From a virus (lineage: Duplodnaviria > Caudoviricetes), in IMG/VR virus record IMGVR_UViG_3300041097_000025, positions 1 to 43,024 of that record: a stretch of 43,024 nt of DNA; one strand, written 5' to 3'. Positions 34,185-43,024 of this stretch are shown piece by piece. Under the pieces are notes generated by a model. It was not told the DNA's origin, ran no database searches, and saw only the letters and a program-made list of their open reading frames with translations. Made by a program: the position numbers and the translations under genes. Position 1 is the stretch's first letter. Every line of letters begins with the position of its first letter.

Positions 34185-36634
34185 TGAAGGAGCCGTCGCC
34201 AACCCCTCTGCCGGATGTCACGCCGCCACCTGGTGGGCCGGTCAAGGCCAACCTCAAGCAGGCGGTGCCCATCGAATTCTTCACCTGCACCTGGCAGAGC
34301 GCGCAGGACGAAGTGCGTCAGCAGCGTGACTGCGATTGGTGGATTTACGACTGGTCGAGTGTGGATTTCTACTGGCTGTTCGGCAACAACTACTGGTGGA
34401 TTCAGCCGCAACCCGATCACAGTCCGCTGGCGCGCCGCTACTACGACCAGGTGATCAGCGAGCTCAACAACGCCACGAGTCAGGCGTACAACCAGTGCGA
34501 GAGCCGCCATTACGCCTCGCAGTCGGAACCCGAGCCGGGCCTGCGCCTCACCGTATCGAGTCGCCTTGATCGGGGCGGGGTAAGGCGCGGCAGTAGCAAT
34601 GATCCCAGCGGAATCGAGGCGCGGCTGTCCGTGCCGTTCGCGGCCGGGACGAACCCGCCGCCGCCGACTCCCTGCCCGATGCTGCGGCGCGAGCTCTTCG
34701 CCAAACCGGCCGACTTCAGCTACGTGTTGCACGGGCCGGGCGGCGGGAATTTCCGCTGGGAGTGGCGCGATCAGCAGACCGTGACGCCTGACCCGTATTT
34801 CGAGCTCTATGGTCGCACACTGAAGTTCTCCGGCAGCAGCGGCTCGCAGTTTCTCGGCAGCCTGCACCTCATCATCGACCGGCTCGCCGACCTGTGGGTA
34901 CGCTTCGAATCCAGACCGATTCCGAGCGCCGTCGCGGATCGGGTCGATCCGGTGCAACAGCTGTCCTATCAAGTCAGCACCGGTGTCGGCTACTTCGGCA
35001 TCGCCGCTGTGATCGAAGTGCTTCACGTCGAGTCAGGCCAGATCTGGTACCAGAGTGTGCACGGCTCGAACTACTCGCCCGGCCAGATGACTACCTACAG
35101 CTGGTGGCCGAGCGGATGGGAACAGATGTCGATGGACGCCAACGGCATCATCCGGCATTACAACGTGGACTGGTTCTACTGGTTCAACACCATCGACCCC
35201 GCCAGCATTGGTCTACCGACGACCGGCACCTACCGGATGCGCTACATCCTGCTGGCCTACGGCTACCAGACCTACAGCCGCTCGGTGAGCAGCAGCGCGC
35301 TGGGTCTCTCCGGCGATACGCGGATGTCGTGGAAGTCGATCTGGCTCTCGCACATGCCCTCGTTGATCACCTACACGCCCGGGATGGCTGACGGCATTAT
35401 CCCGCCGTTCGAGGTGACCTACACGCGCAGTCCGGTGCTCTATCCGTGGCCGGCAAACGAAACCGGCATCTTGTTCGATGCCGTGTTCGACATGAAAAAC
35501 ATCACCACCTTCCGCTTTGTGATCAAGGTGGGCAACACCTTCGATTTCGCCGTCGGATTGGTGGTGCAAGCCTCGGGTTGGCAGGCGTGGGTACATCTGG
35601 AGCCGGGCGAGACGAAATACCTGGCCGGCGGCGTCTCGATTTCCGGGATGGCCAACTGGAATGCCTACCCGCTGCATCCCCAATCGCCGAACTACGGATG
35701 GCAAGGCAACTGGGGCAGCAGCTACATCTCGATGTACAACGGCCAGTGCTCAATCACGTTCAGCCTGTTCCTGACGGCACCGAACAATCCGGAGACGACG
35801 CCGGCCAATATGCCCACGAAAAAGGCCACGCAGCGGTGGTACTGGGACCTGTCCAGCTGGGGGCCGCAGTACGAACCCGAGTGGGGCGCGATCAAGAAGT
35901 ACGCCCCTGACGGGCGCTACGACTACGAGTACGTGCTCCAGCAATACAACCTGAATGCGGTGGCGATCACGAGCATCAACCGTTCGATCACCAAGCCGAG
36001 CTACCAGCCGCTGATCAACCCGGCGACCTACTTCGTGACCGGCTACCAGACGACGATGTATGACTGGATCAGCCCGTGGCACAAACGCCCCTGGCCCGGC
36101 TACTCGGGATGGGGAAGCCTGAGCGCGCCGATCATGATCAACGGCGAACAGCGCACCTGGAACGGTTCGCAGTACGTCTGGGTGCCGGTGGAGGCGGTGG
36201 CGATCTCGCTCACCCGAGTGATGATGCAGCAGGTGGCAGCACAGCTCGGTGTCGTCGAGTACGTGATGATGGATGGCGACGACATTCGCTGGTTCGTGCC
36301 AGTCACCTACAGCCCACCAACCTATCCTGAGTCGTTCTCGAACGTCTTGTGGATCGACCGCTTCTACACCCAGGGCGGGGCACTGATCGACGACGCGGCG
36401 ATGCGATCCGCCTTCCAGACGGTGATCGCCAACAACGCTGCCAGTTGGCAGAACTACCGGAACATCGTCATCCATCCTTCGGTGCGCTTCGGCAGTTTTC
36501 TCGACAACGGTGGCTTCGAAGTGGGCGACTACCTGCTCGGGCCGAACGGCGGCATGGTCGAGGTCGGCAGCCTCGCCGATCTCGGCTCGGTCAGCACCCG
36601 CTTCCTGTACCACGTCCGACCCGAGTTCCAGTAG
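34181..36634 (+). CDS. Large Trp/Tyr-rich protein of unknown function in the tail module
   Basis: 817 aa ORF coupled to the tape measure gene; no family recognised. Confidence 0.65.
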   Translation: MMKEPSPTPLPDVTPPPGGPVKANLKQAVPIEFFTCTWQSAQDEVRQQRDCDWWIYDWSSVDFYWLFGNNYWWIQPQPDHSPLARRYYDQVISELNNATSQAYNQCESRHYASQSEPEPGLRLTVSSRLDRGGVRRGSSNDPSGIEARLSVPFAAGTNPPPPTPCPMLRRELFAKPADFSYVLHGPGGGNFRWEWRDQQTVTPDPYFELYGRTLKFSGSSGSQFLGSLHLIIDRLADLWVRFESRPIPSAVADRVDPVQQLSYQVSTGVGYFGIAAVIEVLHVESGQIWYQSVHGSNYSPGQMTTYSWWPSGWEQMSMDANGIIRHYNVDWFYWFNTIDPASIGLPTTGTYRMRYILLAYGYQTYSRSVSSSALGLSGDTRMSWKSIWLSHMPSLITYTPGMADGIIPPFEVTYTRSPVLYPWPANETGILFDAVFDMKNITTFRFVIKVGNTFDFAVGLVVQASGWQAWVHLEPGETKYLAGGVSISGMANWNAYPLHPQSPNYGWQGNWGSSYISMYNGQCSITFSLFLTAPNNPETTPANMPTKKATQRWYWDLSSWGPQYEPEWGAIKKYAPDGRYDYEYVLQQYNLNAVAITSINRSITKPSYQPLINPATYFVTGYQTTMYDWISPWHKRPWPGYSGWGSLSAPIMINGEQRTWNGSQYVWVPVEAVAISLTRVMMQQVAAQLGVVEYVMMDGDDIRWFVPVTYSPPTYPESFSNVLWIDRFYTQGGALIDDAAMRSAFQTVIANNAASWQNYRNIVIHPSVRFGSFLDNGGFEVGDYLLGPNGGMVEVGSLADLGSVSTRFLYHVRPEFQ

Positions 36635-36643
36635 GAGACCAGT

Positions 36644-37024
36644 GTGATCATCTTGGACGGCATTCAACTGCCGGCGGGCCTCCTTTGGTCCGACGAATGG
36701 ACTGCAAGCCGTGTCGCCCAGACCGTGCGCCGCACCCTCGACGGGTCGGTGGTGGTGTTCTACGGCCAATTGCAGGCCGGGCTGCCCATCACCTTGGAAT
36801 CGGAATCCGACGCCGGCTGGCTCACGCATGCCCAGGTCGAGGCGCTGGCCCTACGGGCGGCAAGCCCGGGCGGCGTCTACACCCTGACCCTGCGCGGTGA
36901 GTCGCGGCAGGTGATGTTCCGCCACCAGGACGCACCCGCCTTCGAGGCCCGGCCCCTGGTGCCGGTGGCCAATCCGCAACCCGGCGATTTCTACCTCGCC
37001 ACCCTGAAGCTCATGACCGTATGA
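36644..37024 (+). CDS. Putative distal tail protein
   Basis: LDGIQLPAGLLWSDE...QTVRRTLDGSVVV...GLPITL...LKLMTV. Confidence 0.6.
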   Translation: MIILDGIQLPAGLLWSDEWTASRVAQTVRRTLDGSVVVFYGQLQAGLPITLESESDAGWLTHAQVEALALRAASPGGVYTLTLRGESRQVMFRHQDAPAFEARPLVPVANPQPGDFYLATLKLMTV

Positions 37025-37033
37025 GAGGAACCC

Positions 37034-38044
37034 ATGCCCATTCTCGACAATGAAATCGTTTGGCGGCCTGCCACCCTGATGTCCGACGTCACGCCTGCCC
37101 AGAACGGCGGACGAATGACCTTCTCGCAACTGGTGTCCGGAGTGAAGAACAATCTCTTCCCCGACGTCTCGCAGTCCGAGCGACTGGCCGGTGCGGTGAA
37201 ATGGCGCAAGGCCTTCATCCACGTCAACAGTGCGCAGGACACGGCGCTGCTCAACGTGCGCATGTTCCTCGACAGCCTGACGCCTGCCGGCGACTTCGTG
37301 GTGTTCCAGCCGGGGACGCAGACCGACACCGAAGATCAGATCGCCGGTCGGCCCTATGGCATCGGCACGCTCTACGCGCCAGTTGTCGGCGGGGCCGCCC
37401 AAATGCAGGTGGCATGCGAACACAACGCCGAGTACGCCACCCTGCAACCGCTCCGGGTCGGCGACGTGGTGCGCGTCTCGGATCGGCCGAGTACCGGCGG
37501 TGCCGGCAACGAGGAATGGGTGACGATCAGCGGCGTGAGCTACGGCACCGATTTCGCCACGGTGGATGTCTCGCCCGCGCTCGTAAACAGTTACGCCACG
37601 TCGAACACGCTGGTATCCAGCGTGCTCGAACTGCCCAGCGCGGTAGCTGGTGTCACCGGGGTGTCGGTCACCAGTGCCGGAGGCAGCTTCAATTCCGCCA
37701 CTGTCGGCAACCTCGTCGCCCACAACAAGGGGGCGGTGGAGGAGATCTGGACACTGACCTTCACGAGCGCCACCACCTTCACGGTTTCCGGCAACACGGT
37801 CGGCACACTGGCCAGCCCGGGATCGGTCAGCGCCGACTACGCGCCGCTGAACCCGGCGACCGGAACACCGTACTTCACCATCAAGGCCATCGCTTGGGCG
37901 GGCACGTTCCAGACGAACGACACGGTGACCTTTGCGACGCAGCCTGCCGCGATCCCGATCTGGTATCGCCGCCAGGTGCCGGCGGGGACATTTAGCCTGG
38001 CGAACGACTTCACGTCGCTGGCCATTCACGGGGAGAGCGCGTGA
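37034..38044 (+). CDS. Tail tip/baseplate-associated protein
   Basis: NGGRM...GVKNNLFPDVSQSERLAG...RKAF motif seen in phage tail proteins; Ser/Thr-rich beta C-terminus. Confidence 0.65.
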   Translation: MPILDNEIVWRPATLMSDVTPAQNGGRMTFSQLVSGVKNNLFPDVSQSERLAGAVKWRKAFIHVNSAQDTALLNVRMFLDSLTPAGDFVVFQPGTQTDTEDQIAGRPYGIGTLYAPVVGGAAQMQVACEHNAEYATLQPLRVGDVVRVSDRPSTGGAGNEEWVTISGVSYGTDFATVDVSPALVNSYATSNTLVSSVLELPSAVAGVTGVSVTSAGGSFNSATVGNLVAHNKGAVEEIWTLTFTSATTFTVSGNTVGTLASPGSVSADYAPLNPATGTPYFTIKAIAWAGTFQTNDTVTFATQPAAIPIWYRRQVPAGTFSLANDFTSLAIHGESA

Positions 38045-38907
38045 TGCCCCGGGTTGGTTTCAAGAAGACGTTTGCCGCCGGCACCTTCGACAAGGCTGCC
38101 GTGCAGGCCCTGTTCGGGCACCTCAAGACTTACGTTGCTAGTGCCGGCTTCAACGTCCTGCTGGACACTGTCGATGGTATCGACTTCATCCGTCTGGGCT
38201 CGCCGGCAGGCACTGCCGACGATGACGTTCCGCACTGGGCGTTCAGTTTTCAGGATCAAGACCCCTACGGGGCGATCTTCGCTTACCCGGTCTACGGCAA
38301 CGACTATCTCGACCAAAGCGCCTACGCGCACAGCTACACCATCGTGCACTCCGCGTGGGTGGGAAATCCCTCGCCGGAGATCATAGTCTGGTTCGCCGCC
38401 GACGGTGCGGCCGGATGGTGGTGGCTGCATGCCAGCCAGGTGGACACCAACAGCGCAACCGGTGTGTCGATGCGCTTCGCTGCTGCCGGCGCGACCTCGC
38501 GGCGCTATCCGTCCGACACCCACCAGGGGCTGTGCGCCCGTTACGGCATCTGGGATGCCTGGGGCGATTGGGAGCCGGCCTACGCGAAGGACGAAACGGG
38601 TGTGATCGATATGTATCCCTGGACGGGCACGTGGTCGCCCTTCGGCGAGGGGTGGGACTTCAACGGCAAGCGCGACGCCGGGTCACCCCTGCCCAAGATG
38701 GCCGTGCCGCAGTTCCCAAATCGGGACGGCGGCATCAGCGCCTGCATCCTCGGCGAGTTCAACGAGATTCTGATCCTCACCGACGGCTACGCCCAGGAGG
38801 AGGTCGTCGTGCCAGGCTGGATCGCGATGATCGGCGACGAGTGGGATCAGCCCTACGCCGTGCCGGCCCCGCCCCAGTTTGACGACCCGGACGCCGGCCC
38901 GTTATGA
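38041..38907 (+). CDS. Tail-region hypothetical protein (aromatic and acidic)
   Basis: 288 aa, coupled on both sides. Confidence 0.6.
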   Translation: MMPRVGFKKTFAAGTFDKAAVQALFGHLKTYVASAGFNVLLDTVDGIDFIRLGSPAGTADDDVPHWAFSFQDQDPYGAIFAYPVYGNDYLDQSAYAHSYTIVHSAWVGNPSPEIIVWFAADGAAGWWWLHASQVDTNSATGVSMRFAAAGATSRRYPSDTHQGLCARYGIWDAWGDWEPAYAKDETGVIDMYPWTGTWSPFGEGWDFNGKRDAGSPLPKMAVPQFPNRDGGISACILGEFNEILILTDGYAQEEVVVPGWIAMIGDEWDQPYAVPAPPQFDDPDAGPL

Positions 38908-40439
38908 CCCTCGGGATCTCGCTCGCCCTCACGCTGGGGGCGGGGCTTTACGCCGACTCGGGGCCAACCGTTCTCAAGCGGCGGTTCGAGACCGCGTGGG
39001 GCAAGACGGAAGTCTTCGTGGCCAATACCACGCCGTGGGAACTGGCTCGGGAGCGCGCGTGGCAGCACGCGGAAAGCTGGTCGATCCGCTTCGCGCAAAA
39101 CTTCCAGTCTCCCTATGGACTGCGGCTGGAGAGTGCCAGCCGGCATCCCTACGGGGACATGCGCCAGCACCGCCGGAACATTTCGGCTGCCTGGGGCGAT
39201 GTGCATCAGACCAAGGGCCGCCACGTCATTCCGTACACCGATCTCGGCGCTTGCCGGAAATCGATGCAGGCTGCGTACTGGCTCACCCAGCAGGTCGCGG
39301 CCGGTATGGTGCTCGGGTACGACGTGACCAACGTCGATCCCGTCGCCAAGCGACTGACAGCATCCTGGTCGATCCTCGATGATGCGCGGCTGCATGCGGT
39401 GGTGAACAGCCCGGAACTCGTCTGGCACAACCAGCGGATTCGCATCGTCGAGGCAACCCTTTCCTGTGACGAGGAGAGCCCGGTCTGGATCGCACGGGTC
39501 GAGATCGCGGCCATCACCGACTTCGCCGCTATCGGCATCGGCGACACGATCACCCTTGTTCTGGGGCTGGAAACCTTCGTGCTGGTGGTCGACGGCAAGA
39601 CGCTGTCGCGGACCTCGGTCGCCGAACAACGGATGGAACTGACGGCAGTTTCGCCCGTGGCGCTGCTCGACTCGCCCTTTGCCGGCACGATCCGTTACTA
39701 CGAGGCCGGTGCGGTTTCCGCGCGTGCCGCAGTGGAGTTCCTGATCGGTTCGGTCCACTGGCAACTGCCGGAGTGGATCATTCCGGCAGGCCGGCTGATG
39801 CTGGAAGGGGCGACGCCGCTGGCGGCTGCCCGCAACATCGTCGCGGCCATCGGCGGCATCGTCGAGAGCAATCCGGACGGCTCGGTGGTCTGCCGCCGCC
39901 GGCACCCGGTCAGCATCCCGCAGTACGGTGCTGCGACCGTCGCGCACAGTCTGTTCGACGCGGACGTGATGTCGGCACAGGCGCAGATCGCGCCGATGCG
40001 TGGCTATAACCGGGTGACTATCGCCAACGAGGAGGGCGGTACGGGCACGTCCTCCGACCGGATCGAGTACGTGGCTGATGCCGATGACGCCTATCGGGGC
40101 ACGGTGCGCGCATATCTTGCCAGCACGCGCGCCGTGGTGCTGGCCCATACCGGGCATCCGTCCACAGTCATCGCGAGCCTCGGCCCAGTCACCCGTACCG
40201 AGAGTGAGACGGTCGAGTTTATCGAGGGGCAGGCGAGTACCCGCTACCCGGTGACCGCCATCGTGAATCTCGCCTGGCAGCACACCGGGCTGGGCGACGT
40301 GACCGTCTTGGGCCAGAGCCTCACGGCGACCACCAGCGGTTACAGCCTGCTCCGAATCACTTACACCACCACGTCGCTCGACTGGCGCGTGGCACTTCCC
40401 ATCGATGAGGAAGTGCAGTTCGTGCTGGTCGACGCATGA
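38904..40439 (+). CDS. Putative tail hub protein
   Basis: 511 aa; TPLAAARNIVAAIGGIVESNPDGSVVCRRR resembles hub/gp27-like segments. Confidence 0.55.
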   Translation: MTLGISLALTLGAGLYADSGPTVLKRRFETAWGKTEVFVANTTPWELARERAWQHAESWSIRFAQNFQSPYGLRLESASRHPYGDMRQHRRNISAAWGDVHQTKGRHVIPYTDLGACRKSMQAAYWLTQQVAAGMVLGYDVTNVDPVAKRLTASWSILDDARLHAVVNSPELVWHNQRIRIVEATLSCDEESPVWIARVEIAAITDFAAIGIGDTITLVLGLETFVLVVDGKTLSRTSVAEQRMELTAVSPVALLDSPFAGTIRYYEAGAVSARAAVEFLIGSVHWQLPEWIIPAGRLMLEGATPLAAARNIVAAIGGIVESNPDGSVVCRRRHPVSIPQYGAATVAHSLFDADVMSAQAQIAPMRGYNRVTIANEEGGTGTSSDRIEYVADADDAYRGTVRAYLASTRAVVLAHTGHPSTVIASLGPVTRTESETVEFIEGQASTRYPVTAIVNLAWQHTGLGDVTVLGQSLTATTSGYSLLRITYTTTSLDWRVALPIDEEVQFVLVDA

Positions 40440-40448
40440 GGACACATC

Positions 40449-40955
40449 ATGGCCAATGCCACCATTCGCGTTCAATTCGGCAACCCGGACGGCTCAGGTT
40501 CGGACGGTCACCTCTCTGCCGAGGTCGACACCCGTCCAGATGGTCTGAACGGCGGCCGCAGTTCCTTCAGTCCGGGCGAAACCGCCTACATACTCGTCTA
40601 CAAGTCCGACAACGTGAGCATCACCGACACCATCTGCTCGGCGGGATCGCTCTCGGCACAAGGCAGTGCCGTGGTGACGGTAACCGAGGAACTGATGTTC
40701 GAGGATGCCGATACGGCGACGCTCGGCAAGCCGGCGCGCTCGGCCATCTCGCAGTCGGTGTGGTACGGGCGCAGCCTCGGCGGTCTGACGCTTCAGTCCG
40801 ACAAGGTCACGGTTAAGGCATCGAGCAAAGGGGTGGCGGTGGCCAAGGTCACCTACGATGCGCTAGCTCTGGTCTATGCCCTGTCGTCGCCCTCCACGCT
40901 CAACGGCGAGACGGATTTCTCCATCTTGGCACTGATCAAGGGGACGGCATCGTGA
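40449..40955 (+). CDS. Tail-region hypothetical protein
   Basis: 168 aa, GAGGA SD. Confidence 0.6.
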   Translation: MANATIRVQFGNPDGSGSDGHLSAEVDTRPDGLNGGRSSFSPGETAYILVYKSDNVSITDTICSAGSLSAQGSAVVTVTEELMFEDADTATLGKPARSAISQSVWYGRSLGGLTLQSDKVTVKASSKGVAVAKVTYDALALVYALSSPSTLNGETDFSILALIKGTAS

Positions 40956-41248
40956 TCATCGAGGTTTACCGGGGCGACGGTGCGCGCGAGGGTTCGCCTA
41001 TCGTCGAGCCGCTGCTCGCCGACGACGCGCTGATCTACCTGGGCATGGCCGAGATGGATGCCAACGCTCACGCCTTCAACCGTATCGAGATGGCGGTGGT
41101 CTTCCGGCCGGGGTTTCGCCTCGGGCAGATCGTCGAGGCGACCGACCCGTCCACGGCGAGTCCCTACCGCGCCAAGGTGACGGGCATCCAGATCACGGTG
41201 TCGGAAGCGGCCATCGAAACCCATCTCACCCTGGAGCAGCCGCGATGA
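40952..41248 (+). CDS. Tail-region hypothetical protein (hub C-terminal-like)
   Basis: 98 aa, FRPGFRLGQIVEATD...KVTGIQITV. Confidence 0.55.
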   Translation: MIIEVYRGDGAREGSPIVEPLLADDALIYLGMAEMDANAHAFNRIEMAVVFRPGFRLGQIVEATDPSTASPYRAKVTGIQITVSEAAIETHLTLEQPR

Positions 41249-41463
41249 GCTTTGCGCTGAAGGAACTCACGCGACTCCTGCTGCCTACGCAGGCCGTGGT
41301 GGGCGCGGTGGTCGGCATCGACGGGGCCGTGGTGCACGTGGCCACCGAACGGGGTGCAATCACCGCCCGGACGCTCGATGCCGTGGCCGTTGGCGACCGG
41401 GTGCAGATCAAGAACGGCATCGCCACGAAGGCACCGGTGGCCAAGCAGGTATTTCCCGTCTGA
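41245..41463 (+). CDS. Small OB-fold-like tail protein
   Basis: 72 aa, VVGAVVGIDGAVVHVAT...VAVGDRVQIKNG. Confidence 0.55.
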   Translation: MSFALKELTRLLLPTQAVVGAVVGIDGAVVHVATERGAITARTLDAVAVGDRVQIKNGIATKAPVAKQVFPV

Positions 41464-41483
41464 CGACAATTGGAGGAATCGAA

Positions 41484-41720
41484 GTGAAGCAAGCGACGAC
41501 ATTTCTGGAGCGGGTACGGCCCGCAATCGATGCCCTGCCCGATGGGACCGACAAGGACACGCTGCTGGCCCTGGCCGAAGCACAGGACATCATCGAGCGC
41601 GGTGACGTGCATCCGAAGCAGCGGGCCCTGGCCATGCGTCGACTGGTAGGCGGCGCTGCCGTTGTGGCCGGCAGGAAGGCCGGGCGTCCGCAAGCCAAGA
41701 GGCGCGGCAAGACGCCGTAG
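41484..41720 (+). CDS. Hypothetical protein
   Basis: 78 aa, GTG start after GGAGG, basic C-terminus. Confidence 0.5.
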   Translation: MKQATTFLERVRPAIDALPDGTDKDTLLALAEAQDIIERGDVHPKQRALAMRRLVGGAAVVAGRKAGRPQAKRRGKTP

Positions 41721-41746
41721 TGCCAAGGCAACCTCATTTCACACCC

Positions 41747-41774
41747 GCGAACCCGTCCACGAGGCGGGTTTCGC
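41747..41774 (+). terminator. GC-rich hairpin before the lysis genes
   Basis: GCGAACCCGTC-cacga-GGCGGGTTTCGC. Confidence 0.45.
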
Positions 41775-41793
41775 ATTTCTGGAGGATGAAAAC

Positions 41794-42087
41794 ATGGATG
41801 CAACCCAAGTGGAGCGGCGAAAGATGGTGACGCTGCCGCAGGATGAGTTTGAGGCGATTCTGGAGCGCGCCGCCGAACGCGGTGCCCGGCACGCCCTGGC
41901 CGATGTCGGTCTCGACGGGCCGGAGGCCGCGCACGACATCCGCGAACTGCGTGGCCTGCTCGACGCATTCAACGAAGCCAAGAAAACCGCCGGCCTGACC
42001 ATCGTGAAGATGCTGGTCACCGGCCTGGTGATGGCGTTGCTGGCCGGCGCATTCCTGAAACTCAAGCTGTTCGGAGGTGGGCAATGA
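41794..42087 (+). CDS. DUF6127-like membrane protein (holin/antiholin candidate)
   Basis: 97 aa, AHDIRELRGLLDAF, C-terminal transmembrane helix. Confidence 0.7.
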   Translation: MDATQVERRKMVTLPQDEFEAILERAAERGARHALADVGLDGPEAAHDIRELRGLLDAFNEAKKTAGLTIVKMLVTGLVMALLAGAFLKLKLFGGGQ

Positions 42088-42560
42088 TCGAGACACTACT
42101 TGGCGGTCTACTCGGTGGGGCCTTCCGGCTCGCCCCGGAAATCCTGAAGTGGCTAGACCGCAAGGGCGAGCGCGGCCACGAACTGGCGATGCAGGACAAG
42201 GCGCTGGAGTTCGAGAAGCTGCGCGGCGCACAGCGCATGGCCGAGATTGGCGCTGCCGCCGATGCTGCGTGGAATACCGGGGCCATCGATGCCCTGCGCG
42301 AGGCGGTAGCAGCGCAGGGGCAGCGTTCTGGTGTGCGCTGGGCCGATGCTTTGTCGATCAGCGTGCGCCCGGTGATCACCTACTGGTTCATGGCGCTGTA
42401 CTGCGCAGCCAAGACGGCGGCGTTTGCGGCTGCCGTCACTGCCGGTGCTGGTTGGGGCACGGCGATCCTGCACGCATGGACGGAGGCCGATCAAGCGCTG
42501 TGGGCCGGGGTTCTGAACTTCTGGTTCCTGGGGCGCGTGTTCGACCGGGTGCGTTCGTGA
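42084..42560 (+). CDS. Putative holin
   Basis: 158 aa, GGLLGGAFRLAPE, SVRPVITY, LNFWFLGRVF; directly before the lysozyme. Confidence 0.65.
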   Translation: MIETLLGGLLGGAFRLAPEILKWLDRKGERGHELAMQDKALEFEKLRGAQRMAEIGAAADAAWNTGAIDALREAVAAQGQRSGVRWADALSISVRPVITYWFMALYCAAKTAAFAAAVTAGAGWGTAILHAWTEADQALWAGVLNFWFLGRVFDRVRS

Positions 42561-43024
42561 TTGAGGTTCCGAAAGTGGCCATTGATCTGGCTAAGCGGTT
42601 CGAAGGGTTCGAGCGCAAGGTAAAGCGTGGCATTGAAATTACTGCCGTTCCCTACATCTGCCCCGCAGGGTTCTGGACGATTGGCTACGGCCATCTGTGC
42701 GACCCGAAGCAGCCGCCGATCACCGAAGCGGAAGCCGAGGAGTATCTGGCACGCGATCTGCAAACAGCGCTGGTGGCGACGCTGCGCTACTGCCCGGTGC
42801 TGGCTACCGAGCCGGAGGGGCGGCTTGCAGCCATCGCGGACTTCACGTTCAACCTTGGGACGGGGCGGTTGCAGGCCTCGACGTTGCGACGGCGAATCAA
42901 TCAGCGTGACTGGATCGCTGCTGGGCAGGAACTGCGGCGCTGGGTCTATGGCGGCGGCAAGATTCTTCCTGGCCTCGTTGCCCGTCGAGAGGCAGAGGTC
43001 ATGCTCCTCATCGCCGAACCATGA
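42557..43024 (+). CDS. Phage lysozyme (GH24 endolysin)
   Basis: 155 aa from GTG. KRFEG...PYICPAGFWTIGYGH, DFTFNLG, RWVYGGGKILPGLVARREAE. Confidence 0.92.
   Translation: MIEVPKVAIDLAKRFEGFERKVKRGIEITAVPYICPAGFWTIGYGHLCDPKQPPITEAEAEEYLARDLQTALVATLRYCPVLATEPEGRLAAIADFTFNLGTGRLQASTLRRRINQRDWIAAGQELRRWVYGGGKILPGLVARREAEVMLLIAEP

Larger units (their letters stand above)
3504..43024 (+). mobile_element. Lambda-like (cos-type siphovirus) prophage with a serine recombinase; exact ends not determined
   Basis: Ordered modules for integration, replication, packaging, head, tail and lysis. att sites not identified, and the operon at 1-3177 may also belong to the element. Confidence 0.92.

Noticed and set aside
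31503-34202. Long antisense ORFs (also 4045-5571, 12119-13432, 15101-16660, 20948-22333, 38853-40475)
   Set aside because: They mirror well-supported + strand genes, as expected in GC-rich DNA with biased third positions, and show no recognisable motifs.
34181-41463. Diversity-generating retroelement targeting a tail protein
   Set aside because: No reverse transcriptase and no template/variable repeat pair noticed by eye; a self-alignment would be needed to exclude it fully.

Overview
This GC-rich window is mostly one lambda-like (cos-type, siphovirus-like) prophage, probably from a proteobacterium (inferred), running from about 3.5 kb to the right edge. Its order is: DUF2924 and large serine recombinase; recombination/replication genes (AAA ATPase, SSB-like, P63C, Cas4-like nuclease, HTH-sigma4 fusion, P4-type primase, RuvC-like); a lambda-like cos site; two ParB-methyltransferases; a leftward accessory block; terminase, portal, protease, capsid, tail (with a -1 frameshift in the tail chaperone) and tape measure; a non-canonical tail tip; and lysis genes. 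At the left end is a divergent three-gene operon: a LexA-type DNA-binding domain without a peptidase, a helical protein starting Met-Gly, and a QatC-like QueC enzyme fused to a putative regulatory domain, with a perfect palindrome over its promoter. This is the best candidate for an undescribed system (a minimal or variant QatBC-like protein-deazaguanylation module). Also notable are a complete Ile/Thr-type ribosome attenuator on an apparently leaderless transcript controlling a lower-GC two-gene moron, and a 30-bp bipartite motif with identical arms at four sites upstream of accessory and recombinase genes. No att sites, CI repressor, RNA genes or CRISPR arrays were identified. Family assignments come from motif recognition by eye, not database searches.
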